This document shows, piece by piece, positions 38,516 to 49,624 of a stretch of 64,000 nt of DNA; the first letter of the stretch is position 1; each line of letters opens with the position of its first letter. The notes under the pieces are model-generated. The model did not search any database and was not told where the DNA came from. It saw nothing but the letters and a program-made list of their open reading frames with translations. Position numbers and translations under genes: made by a program. Origin of the DNA: Malacoraja senta (taxonomy: Eukaryota); assembly GCA_038087875.1 (NCBI GenBank), contig CM075978.1, positions 175,336,001-175,400,000 on the forward strand. Direction: 5' to 3'.

Positions 38516-40230
38516 GCAGAATGACCTATGCAGCTGAAGGACACTTTCATTTAGTTTAGTTTAGTTTAGTTTAGAGATACAGCACAGAAACAGACCCTTT
38601 GGCACACCGGGTCCGCGCCAACCTGCCATCCCTGCACATTAACACTATCCTACACCCACTAGGGTCAATTTGTACATTTACCAAGCCAGTTAACCTACAA
38701 ACCTGTCCGTCTTTGGAATGTGGGAGGAAACCGAAGATCTCGGAGAAAACCCATGCAGGTCACGGGGAGAACGTACAAACTCTGTACAGACAGCACCCGT
38801 AATCGAGATCGAACCCTGGTCTCCGGCGCAGCATTTGCTGTAAGGCAGCAACACTACCCCTGCGCCATCATAAGAGAAGAGGCCTCTCCATGGAGGCTGC
38901 ACTTTATCCCACAACGGACCATCCAACCTGTTCTGTGTAAGACAAAGCCAGCAGTCAGGTAGCACCGAGTAACTGAAATAAAAACAGAAAATGATGGAAA
39001 GACTCAGACAGCCAAACAGTAGCTTTGGAGTGAGAAACTGAGTAAATGTGTCAGGCCAATAACTTTCATCAGAACTGATGCAGGAAAAGGGTCTTTGATC
39101 CAAAACTTTAACTCTGTTGCTTCCTCATTTGCTGAGTGTTTCCAGCATTTGTCATCTTTTCAGTTTCAGTTTCCATGCATCTGCAGTGTTTGACAAATTG
39201 GTTAAAGGTAAAAGTACAGAAAACCTGTCTAAAATAGTTCCTGACTGGGCAGGACAAAAAATAGAAGGAAATGAAGTTAATTTAAACTGAGAAGTTGTAA
39301 CCCAGCAGCCATTCAGATGTAGAGTCCTCGACTTGGCATTAACTTACTTTCTTGCAATAACTTTGCACCTTCTGAAAGTAGCACAGCGAGTGTGTTGACA
39401 CTGGCTGACATTCACTTAGGAAATTGTAAAGGCACTATCAGCCGAGGAGTTGTACAGTGCCACTCACTCCATTGTGGCTGCTTTTCTGAGGCCAAGCCAG
39501 AGGACCATGTTGGGACTCAGTATCCAGCTCTGGCGACTCAGCCCTTCATGTTTGAAAGGTGGCACTGATACACAGATAGGATTGGCAAACATGAAGTCCT
39601 CTTTTAAATAAATGTCAATGCATTTTATAGCCGATCAAGTACTGTAGGAATGTAGCGACTTATGTAATCCAGGGAATGTGGGCCAACACGTGCCCACAAT
39701 AAGTAACGTGATAAAACCATCTGATCTATTTTCGCAATGTTTATTGCTGGATATGTTTTGGCCAGGGCAAAAGAGGCAATTCTTCTCTTCTTCACAGTAT
39801 CAGACAGTATGTTACCATCAGTTGGGAGGCAACTGTTGAACACTTTGTTCGGTGCACTGTAAAGCTCCCTTAGCATTATGCTGGAGAGTTTATGTCGGCC
39901 TTTTGTGCCCAGCACCCTTAATCCAAACATCCCTGATGCACGTGGAACGCAGTGGGCTGAATATAGGCTGCCATAGCGAACCCATGCTGACAAAAATATG
40001 CCTCAGCTCTGAATATCCCTAAAACCAAATCACCAATCATCGATAACAAAGAAATCCAGAGAGAGGTGGGGATTGCACATTGCAGCCACTGCTAAGTGTA
40101 GCAGTCAGTTGGTGAATGCCCTTTACCTTGAGATACTGGGCAGCTGGGGCTGAGGCAGGAGGTATGATCACATTGTCTGATGCCCTGGCCGTCTCTCTGA
40201 TGTAAGCACCCTCCCCTTTCTTTCCCACAG

Positions 40231-40288
40231 TGTCACCTCATGGACGGGGTTGTTCACTGTAGTCCCAACGATCTGCTTTGGATTCCAG
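40231..40288 (+). CDS. SLC38A8: SLC38A8 coding exon 5 (VTSWTGLFTVVPTICFGFQ)
   Basis: cacag|T to CAG|gtaagt, 58 nt; PTICFGFQ motif. Confidence 0.92.
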
Positions 40289-41439
40289 GTAAGTTTGGTC
40301 AAGGAGCTCAGCCTATCCCTAACATTGGAGGTTGGTTGTTGGTGGCCCTGTTCTGTTTCACTCCCAGTTCATCCTTGGACCAAGGATCCAATTCACGTCC
40401 ACTAGGAGCAGTTTAACCCCAGGACCCACACGCCCAGAGTAAACCCATCATCACACAGACTAGGATCTCACAACATCTCATCATCTACACCAGGATACGA
40501 CATCCACAGTAAACCCCTCAACCCCCCCTCCCCAGCTCAGCACCCATACACTGTAAATACCTCATCATCCACACCTGGACTTCACACCGAAAATAAACCC
40601 CTCGCCCTTTCGCCTAAGACCACCACACCCATAGTAAACCCCTCATCATCCACGCCAGGACACCACACCCACATTAAATTACTCACTCTCCAGCCCAGGA
40701 CCTATAAACCTCATGAGAAATAAACCTGGAGACTGTTTTGCCTTGTGTGTTCCCTTGCTAACCTTGGCCCCTTGACCCAGTCTGGGGTTCTGATTAGGCC
40801 ACAGAGTGCTGTTAGAATGGGAACCCAGGCCACCGAGAGCAAAGCAGTGCGAGAGGGAGAGATCGTCACAGAGATCCTGCTGGCTGGTGTAAAAGGCTTG
40901 AAGCACTGCTGTATGACACGGTCTACAACATCTCACCACCAGATGGCACAGCCCCTACTATGGCACGGTTACCCAAAGAAAGGAGGACAGGGTGGGGTGG
41001 ACGGACTGGGGGGTGGGGGGGTGGGGGGTATGGGAAGACGTGGAATAGGGAGAATAGGGTAGTAAAAGAGGAGGAGAAGGGAAAAGGAAGACAATGAGGG
41101 GGGAAGGGAGGAGCACAAGGAGGAAGGGGAAGTGGGGGAAGAGAGGACGTGAAGATGGGGAGGAGAATGGGGTGGGCAGAGGATGCCCCAGGCTCCATGA
41201 TATTTAAAGAATGCCCTAGGCTCCATGATATCAAAGAGTTGTAAAGAGCAATTTTCTCTGGGTGTCCTATCAGGTGCTCCTCATTCTGTGGTATCTCTTT
41301 GAGTAAGGAAGTGTGGCCACCTTCCCAAAGCCGCAGCAAGCAGGGTTGTGGCAGCGCAGAAGCACCATCGTGGTGCATGGAGGTGGGAGGGGTGGGGGAA
41401 GCTCCAGGTTGCTGACCCTTGTCACTGTCTGTGTTTCAG

Positions 41440-41554
41440 TGTCACGAGGCCAGCGTGGCTATCTACAGTAGCATGAAGAACCAGGCACTCTCACACTGGA
41501 TCCTCATCTCCTGCCTCTCCATGCTCACTTGTCTTCTCATTTACTCCGTCACAG
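41440..41554 (+). CDS. SLC38A8: SLC38A8 coding exon 6 ([14 protein letters not shown]...IYSVT)
   Basis: tttcag|TGT to G|gtaaat, 115 nt. Confidence 0.92.
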
Positions 41555-41819
41555 GTAAATGCTCGACCATGGCACCCGAAGGCCACAACTCCTCTCACTG
41601 TGCAACCATTTAAAGAATGCCCCAGGCTCCATGATAGCTCTGTGGCTAAATGTACCATTGGAGGTGGGAGAGGCAGCCAGTGCCATTCAACTACCAACAG
41701 CAGAGGATCTTGAGTCACAGTCTCCTCAACACAGGCTGGTCACTTCCTGACATCTGTCGTTAAACAAGGATCAGGTCCTGATTTATTACAAAACAAGAGG
41801 GTGTTTGTTCCATCAGCTA

Positions 41820-43434
41820 CAGTGGCTTGCATAAGTTTTCATACCCCTTGAACTTTTCCACATTTTGGCACGTTACAACCATAAACGTAAATGTATTTTA
41901 TTGGGAGTTTATGTGATAGGCCAACACAAAGTGGTGCATAATTGTGAAGTGGAAGGAAAATGATACATGGCTTTCAAATTTTTTTACAAATAAAAAACTG
42001 AAAAGTGTCGCGTGCAAAATTATTCAGCCCCCCTGAGTCAATACTTTGTAGAACCACCTTTCGCTGCAATTACAGCTGCAAGTCTTTTGGGGTATGTCTC
42101 TACCAGCTTTGCACATCTAGAGACTGAAATTTTTGCCCATTCTTCTTTGCAAAATAGCTCAAGCTCAGTCAGATTGGATGGAGAGCGTCTGTGAACAGCA
42201 ATTTTCAAGTCTTGCCAGAGATTCTCAATTGGATTTAGGTCTGGACTTTGACTGGGCCATTCTAACACACGAATATGCTTTGATCTAAACCATTCCATTG
42301 TAGCTCTGGCTGTATGTTTAGGGTCGTTGTCCTGCTGGAAGGTGAACCTCTGCCCCAGTCTCAAGTCTTTTGCAGACGCCAACAGGTTTTCTTCCAAGAT
42401 TGCCCTGTATTTGGCTCCATCCATCTTCCCATCAACTCTGACCAGCTTCCCTTTCCCTGCTGAATAAAAGCATCCCCACAGCATGATGCTGCCACCACCA
42501 TGTTTCCCAGTGGGGATGGTGTGTTCAGGGTGATGTGCAGTGTTAGGTTTCCGCCACACATAGTGTTTTGCATTTAGGCCAAAAACTTCAATTTTGGTCT
42601 CATCTGACCAGAGCACCTTCCTCCACATGTTTGCTGTGTCCCCCACAGGGCTTGTGGCAAACTGCAAACAGGACTTCTTATGGCTTTTTTTCAACAATGG
42701 CTTTCTTCTTGCCACTCTTCCATAAAGGCCCGATTTGTGGAGTGCACGACTAATAGTTGTCCTGTGGACAGATTCTCCCACCTGAGCTGTGGATCTCTGC
42801 AGCTCCTCCAGAGTTACCATGGGCCTCTTGGCTGCTTCTCTGATCAATGCTCTCCTTGCCCGGCCTGTCAGTTTAGGTGGACGGCCATGTCTTGGTAGGT
42901 TTGCAGTTGTGCCATACTCTTTCCATTTTCGGATGATGGATTGAACAGTGCTCCGTGAGATGTTCAAAGCTTGGGATATTTTTTTATAACCTAACCCTGC
43001 TTTAAACTTCTCCACAACTTTATCCCTGACCTGTCTGGTGTGTACCTTGGGCTTCATGATGCTGTTTGTTCACTAATGTTCTCTAACAAACCTCTGAGGC
43101 CTTCACAGAACAGCTGTATTTATACTGAGATTAGATTACACACAAGTGGACTCTATTTACTAATTAGGTGACTTCTGAAGGCAATTGGTTGCACTGGATT
43201 TTATTTAGGGGTATCAGAGTAAAGGGGGCTGAATACTTTTGCACGCGACACTTTTCAGTTTTTTATTTGTAAAAAAATTTGAAAACCATGTATCATTTTC
43301 CTTCCACTTCACAATTATGCGCCACTTTGTGTTGGTCTATCACATAAAATCCCAATAAAATACATTTGCGTTTGTGGTTGTAACGACAAAATGTGGAAAA
43401 GTTCAAGGGGTATGAATACTTTTGCAAGCCACTG
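41820..43434 (-). mobile_element. Full-length Tc1 (Passport-like, IR/DR type) DNA transposon in SLC38A8 intron 6
   Basis: TA target duplication at 41818-41819 and 43435-43436. Inverted repeats of about 213 bp (41820-~42032 and ~43224-43434) start CAGTGGCTTGCA. Length 1615 bp. Confidence 0.96.
42038..43057 (-). CDS. Tc1-family transposase, 339 aa, DD34E
   Basis: Uninterrupted ORF with paired-like HTH, GRPPK hook, and WSDE / QQDND / SPDLNPIE motifs; exactly 34 residues between the second D and the E. Confidence 0.95.
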   Translation of the reverse strand: MKPKVHTRQVRDKVVEKFKAGLGYKKISQALNISRSTVQSIIRKWKEYGTTANLPRHGRPPKLTGRARRALIREAAKRPMVTLEELQRSTAQVGESVHRTTISRALHKSGLYGRVARRKPLLKKSHKKSCLQFATSPVGDTANMWRKVLWSDETKIEVFGLNAKHYVWRKPNTAHHPEHTIPTGKHGGGSIMLWGCFYSAGKGKLVRVDGKMDGAKYRAILEENLLASAKDLRLGQRFTFQQDNDPKHTARATMEWFRSKHIRVLEWPSQSPDLNPIENLWQDLKIAVHRRSPSNLTELELFCKEEWAKISVSRCAKLVETYPKRLAAVIAAKGGSTKY

Positions 43435-43694
43435 TATGTCCCAGCTCACAGGACGGCAGCCCCATCATCCCATACCCTTGCTTACTTCTCTGTATCCCTG
43501 CCATTAATTTCCTTTCACACATACACACATCAACTACAGAAGTTATGTCGCACCTGCATACTGGAGGCAATTTACAGCAGCCAATTAATTCAGTGTCCCA
43601 GATATGGGAGGAAAGAGGAGCACCCTTAGGAAATCCACACAGTCATAGGGAGAAATGCAAACTCCACACAGACAACACCCAAGATCAGGGTCAA

Positions 43695-44050
43695 TGGAAA
43701 AGTACAAGAAAGGAACAGGTCCTTCAGCCCACCATGTCTGTGCTATCATGATGCCAAATGAACCTGTGCATGGACCTTTCCTCAGCCCACCTGTCCAACT
43801 GATCAAGATACTGTTGTAATTTTTGATAACTATCTTCACTATCTACAATACCACCCATTTTTGTGTCATCTGCAAACTTGCTAATTATGCCATGTACATT
43901 CTCATCCAAATTATTGATATCGATGATAAACAGCAATGGGCCTAGCACCGAACCTTGAGGCACACCACTAGTTGCAGGCCTCCAGTCCGAAAATCAACCT
44001 TCCACCGTCACCCTCTGCTTCCTTCCAGGAATCCTATTTTCTATCCAACT
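43695..44050 (-). mobile_element. CR1-type LINE RT fragment
   Basis: PQGSVLGPLLF...KFADDTK. Confidence 0.8.
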
Positions 44051-44944
44051 AAACTAAACTGAACTACCAGGTAGTGATGGTGACACTAGGTTGTAAAGGA
44101 TGAGAGTGATAGTGTGTGTGTTGGAGGCAGTGATGCTGACAGTGATACTCTGACCTAGATGGTGATGGTCACAGTGACTGTGAGTGCTGGTGTTGGCGAT
44201 CCTGACAGTGGCACAGAGACCATGATGACGACAGTGACAGTGGGGGGTGATAGTTATTAAATGTTAGCGAGGGTCGTTGTGAAAGAGAACTATGAATAAC
44301 CAGTCCAGAAAGCTGGCTTCATTCTTGCTGTGGGGGAATGTTACTAATGTTAGCCAATTCTGAGACTGAGCCTGGAGGAGATCTTCACCCACTTTAAGGG
44401 CCCCGGGAGTGGACACTCCAATGAGACTGAGCCCTCCGCTGGCGACTACTGTCTGACAATACCTACAGAAACAGGCCCTTTGGTCAATCAAGGTCATGGT
44501 TAGCGTTAACCACCCGTTTATAATAATTCAATTTTATTTTCCCCACATTCCTATCAACTCGCTCCAGATTCTACCACTCACCCACATACTTAAGGTCAGT
44601 ACACAGCAGCCAATTAACATTGACCTATGCTGAAGATAGATACAAAATGCTGGCGTAACTCAGCGGGACAGGCAACATGTCTGGATAGAAGGAATGGGTG
44701 ATGTTTCGGGTTGAGACCCTTCTTAAGACCTGTGCTTCTTTGGAACATGGGAGGTAACCCAAGCACCTAGGGTAAAATCACTGGGTCACAAGAGATCATA
44801 CAAACTCCACACAGACAGCGGTGGAGGTGGAGATCAAACTCGTCTCTCGAGCTGAGAGGCGGCAGCTCTATGAATTACACCCCTGTGTTACTCTTACAGA
44901 AGGAAACCACTCTGACCCCTTGTAACGATCGTGATGTGTTTCAG

Positions 44945-45092
44945 GGATGTACGGATACTGGACATTTGGTACAGGTGTGGCAGCGGATATCCTGATGTCT
45001 TATCCAGACAACGAGGTGCTGGTTATCATGGGCAGGCTGCTCTTTGGCATCTCCATTGTTACCATCTATCCCATAATATTGCACCTGGGCAG
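44945..45092 (+). CDS. SLC38A8: SLC38A8 coding exon 7 (GMYGYWTFG...ADILMSYP...IYPIILHLG)
   Basis: tttcag|GG to AG|gtaggt, 148 nt. Confidence 0.92.
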
Positions 45093-46074
45093 GTAGGTGG
45101 ATTGATCAAATTACTCATCATTCACGTCTCGTGGAGGATTTCTGTGGTGTGAGTGTTGTGAGGGGCAGATGTCACTGATTACAGGGCAGAGTGCCAGGAG
45201 CAGACTCTGCCTGGTGCTCCATCCATCGCAGTAGATCCTGAAAGGAAGTTTGACACTGGCAAAGGTGAGGTTCGATGGACAGTTTTCTTCCTTCCTCTTT
45301 CCCATTTTGCACCTCTACCCCAAGAGTGATTTTTAAAGTTGTACAAAATATTAGTTAGACTGTGCTTGGACTATTGTGTGCAGTTCTGGTTACTACACAG
45401 CAGGAAGGATGTAGTAGCAACAGGGAGAGTGCACGAGGTTCACCAGGATGCTGTCTGGAATGGAGGGCTGGAGTTATGATGAGAGATTGGATAATCTACA
45501 GCTGGTTTATTCTCACTCGAACGTAGGATGATGAGGGGTGACCTAGACAAGAGGCATTGAAAGGTCTGTTTCTGTGCTGTATCACTCTACGCTCCAGAAC
45601 CTAGTGGGTAAACAATGTGGGGTCAGTCCCCATTTCTGATTGCCCAGAAGCCATCAATGGCGGATAAGGCTGCAGACTGTTGAGCCAGTCAGCTCCAACA
45701 GTCACTGGCCCTTCCACCCAGCTACAAAAAAATATATTCCACATGGCCTGCTGTCATCTGCTCAATTGCTGCAGGCATCCTCCTCCCACCCAGGTCCAGG
45801 GATAAGTGAGATGGGGATGGGTGAGCTGAGCAGATTGGGCATGCTGGGACTGTGATTCTTGCCCTGCACTTGAGAGGCCAGTTCATGGAACAGATTGGCG
45901 CTACAGTCCAACACACCCAACATCCTGCTCCATTCAGATAGACCGGGCCTGCAGGCTAGTCCAGTGGAGTCCTTTGGGATGAACACACTGAAGGGCAGCA
46001 GAACGCACAAGTGAAGGATTGAGTGGACTCTGCAGTGTTCTGTGCTGTTCCCCGCTGCAGCTCCCACTCGAGGT

Positions 46075-47205
46075 TCATAGAAGATAGTACAGTACAGCAC
46101 AGAAACAGATCCTTCGCCCTTTATTCAGACATAAAATCATTTGTGCCGAACATGACGCCTCGCTGAGCTGATCTCATCTGCTTGCGCCTGAACCATATCT
46201 CTCTATTCCCTCTATTTCCATGTGCCTATCAAAAGCCTCTTAAAAGCCACTATCATATCTGCCTCCACCACCACACTTGGCAATGAGATTCAGGCCCCCA
46301 CCACCCTCTATGTAAAAAAACCTGCCCTGCATATTTCCATTAAACTTTCCACCTCTCACCTTATAGCTATGCCCTCTAATGTTGGACATTTCTACCCTGG
46401 GAAAAAGGTTCTGACTGTGTACCTTATCTATGCCTCTATACCAATCAAGTCTCCCCTCACCTCTGATGTTCTAGGGAAAACAATGCAAGTCTATCCAACG
46501 TCTCTTTATAGCTGAATTCCTCTAATCCAGCTAGCACTCTGGTAAACCTTCTCTGCACCCTCTCCAAAACGTCCATATCTTTCCTGTAAAGGGGTGACCA
46601 GAACTGCACGCAATTTTGCAAATGTGGCCTAACCACATTCCTAGGCCTATAGAATTGCATCATGACTTCCTGACTCTTGTACTCAATGCCCCTTGCAATG
46701 AAGGCAAGCATACCATATGCCTTCTTTACAACTCTATCTACTTGCTCTGCCACCTTTAGTGAGCTATGAACTTCAACTCCCAGATCCCTCAGCACATCAA
46801 TGCTGTTAAGGGTATCGTTGCTATTAACTGTTTACTCCCTCCTTACATACTACCTCCCAAAGCGCAACATCTCGCACTTACTCGGGTTAAACTCCATCTG
46901 CCATTTCTCCACACGTTTCTGGAGGTGATCTATATCCTATCACCCATTTCTGTGGATGGTCTGTATTTACTGACAGTCTTCCACACTGTCTGAAACTCCT
47001 CCAATTTTGGTGTCATCAGCAAACTTACTCACCAACTTACCTACCGGTACCTTTACGTTTTGGTCATTTACATATATCACAAACAGCTGAGATTCCAGCA
47101 TAGATCCCTGCAGACCTCCAGTCATAATTTCCATCACAACCCTCTGTCTTCTGTGACTCAGCCAGTTATAAATCCACATGAGAAAGTTATTATGAATCCC
47201 GCACA
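46075..47205 (-). mobile_element. CR1-type LINE 3' fragment
   Basis: KFADDTKIGG, RDLGV..., VRPHL...CVQFWSP, LERVQRRFTR. Confidence 0.85.
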
Positions 47206-47287
47206 TCTTATAGCATTGTGTGAGGGTTTCCCTGGACAGGTCAGAGCGGTGATGGAGCGTGTCTGCCTATCTCACTCTCTCACACAG

Positions 47288-47487
47288 GTCTGTCATCCAG
47301 GATCTGTGTGTAACGAGCAGGACCAGACACGTGGCGAGGGCAGGAGGCTATGGGAGGAGGCCGCGGGTGCTGCTGACCACTGGCTGGGTGCTGCTGAGCC
47401 TGGGAGCGGCGCTCTTTGTCCCGGACATCTCCGAGATCATCGGCCTCATTGGAGGAGTCAGCGCCTTCTTCATTTTCATCTTCCCAG
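47288..47487 (+). CDS. SLC38A8: SLC38A8 coding exon 8 (SVIQD...[26 protein letters not shown])
   Basis: cacag|G to G|gtacaa, 200 nt. Confidence 0.92.
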
Positions 47488-47889
47488 GTACAACGGACAA
47501 TCAATACAGCCCAGGCCCCAAACCTTAAACGTTCAATGGGGGAAATTGAGTCCTCTGTACACTCTGAGTGAATGTTACACCTCCCTTTCTCCCTCCCCAC
47601 TCGCTTCTTCTCCCAATCTCCCCACCACCCCCTCCTCCAGAACTCTCATGTGACTCCTGACCATCGCAGGGTGTTAGAGATTTATCCCATTATCTGGGAG
47701 TTAATTTCCACTTCCTGGAATTGATATTTAGTTTTCCTAGATGTTGCGATAGGAACAGGAGAGGTCATTCAGTCCTTCACAGTCGACCTTGTACCACTTT
47801 GTGTTTCATGCCTTTAATGCCTATCAATTTCCTCTGCGTTATGTTATTGGAAGAAATGAACAGGTGAACAAAGGAAAAGATCCAAGGAC

Positions 47890-48320
47890 GATCTCTCCCT
47901 GCATCTCCTCCTTCTCCATCTTCGCTTCCTCCCCTTCCCTCCAGCTTTTCTTCTTCATCCTCCTCCCTACCCCTTCATCTCCCCTTATCCTCTCCCCTCC
48001 CCACCACTGTTTCATTCTTTCCTCCTACTTCCCCCTCCTCTCCCTCCTCTTCCCTTCCCACCCCTCCCTCCATTCATCCTCCTCTCTCTCCCCATCACCT
48101 CCTCCCCTCATCCCTTCCTCCTCTCCTATGTACATCTATCATTCCTTCTCCTCCTCCTCTTCACCACTATCCTTCCCTCTCTTCCTCCTTCCCTCCTCCA
48201 CTCCTCCTCTCCTGACTACCCCCTCATCCTCCTCTCATTCAACCCCTCCCCTCATCCACCTCCTCTTGTCCCCAGTCTTTTCATCCACTCTTCCGCTTCC
48301 TCTCCTTCCACCTCCATCCC
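47890..48320. repeat. Polypyrimidine (CCT/CT) low-complexity tract
   Basis: About 430 nt almost purely C/T, upstream of SLC38A8 exon 9. Confidence 0.85.
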
Positions 48321-48458
48321 ACAACTCCAAGACATCAAAAAGTTTGCACTCACATAGCCAGCCAGTGTCCCATACTGCCCATGCTCTGGAGTCCCAGTCT
48401 GATTTCCCTGCTCCCTCTCTGTATGAGAGGAAGCTGCTGATATCTTCTCTCCCTTCAG

Positions 48459-48510
48459 GCCTGTGTCTACTGCGGGTGGTGCAGAGGGAAGGTGCCGTTC
48501 CAAGAGTAAG
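48459..48510 (+). CDS. SLC38A8: SLC38A8 coding exon 9 (GLCLLRVVQREGAVPRV)
   Basis: ccttcag|GC to AG|gtaagg, 52 nt. Confidence 0.88.
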
Positions 48511-49518
48511 GTAAGGCTGAGCACAGCCATTTCCCACTAATGCACTGCTCAATAATTTGAGATGTTGCAATGAAGCCACCAACCAGGGAATTCTTTCCCT
48601 GGAAGCTGGTGGGATTGGCAGCACAAGCCCAGACACAGCATCAGACGCCACTCACCCTCCAGCTGCTGATCTGGGGCTTGACATAAGGGTTAGTCTGGGA
48701 GAGATGTGATCCATGGCTCCACAAATTGTATGGGTGTTCAAATCAACCTGAATTCATCTGGGGATGACAATTACACTAAAATTGATGCTGCACTGGACAA
48801 TGAAAAAGATTACAACAGGATGGTGAACAATTGGAAAAGTGAGCCAAAAAACGGCAGATGGAATTTAGCTCAGACCAGTGCGCAGTGTTACAGTTTGATA
48901 TGTTAAACCAGGACAGGACTTACACAAAAAATGATTGGGTCGTGGAAAGTGTTGTAAAACAGAAAAAGCAAAGGGTACAGGTACATAAGTTCCTGAAAAG
49001 GATGCCACTGGTAGACAGAGTGATGAAGAAAGACATTTGGCACACATGCCTTCATTGGTCAGAGCATTGAATACACGAGTTGAAACAGCAGGATAACAGC
49101 CATCTCTCACCATGGTGTTGGCATCTCCAGGTACTTCTACAGGACTCTTTCCCCCCACCCCTGCACCCGTGAGTCCACAACCTTCTCACATTTGTCTCCA
49201 ATGCAGACTCACTCCCAGGTTCAGCTCTCCCCAAACACAGGAGAAGGCCATTCGGTCTGAGCTTGGGCTATTGCTTTGAAGATGACACTATTCATCCCCC
49301 CTTCTCTGTCCACTGCTGACCTCATCCTGTCCATGTGTCTGAAAGTTAATCAGTTGTCACACTTTAACAATTTAACGTAAAAAATAATGTTCTTGACTTT
49401 GCCTCTGCTAGTTAATGCACCCAGAAGATCAGAAGGAGAGTAGAAGGAACAGCGGGGAAGCAGGTCATTGGCTAGTTCTGTGCATAGCCAGTTTACTGAG
49501 CTTCTTTTCTGTTCTCAG

Positions 49519-49624
49519 GTGGGCTTTGATTCTGTGGGCAATGGTGACAATCCTGTGCGGAGTCTTTATCTTCGGACAGAGCTCAGCCGCTGCAGTCATG
49601 GAGCTGATCGAGAGACTGGGTTGA
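49519..49624 (+). CDS. SLC38A8: SLC38A8 terminal coding exon (WALILWAMVTILCGVFIFGQSSAAAVMELIERLG*); sodium-coupled neutral amino acid transporter 8
   Basis: ttctcag|G to TGA. The ten exons sum to 1326 nt (441 aa). ATTAAA at 49821 is a candidate polyA signal. Confidence 0.92.

Noticed and set aside
40985-41180. G-rich tract with G-quadruplex potential
   Set aside because: Generic purine-rich low-complexity intron sequence with nothing pointing to function.
47789-48514. 241-aa ORF
   Set aside because: Product of a C/T low-complexity tract; only its last 52 nt are real (SLC38A8 exon 9).
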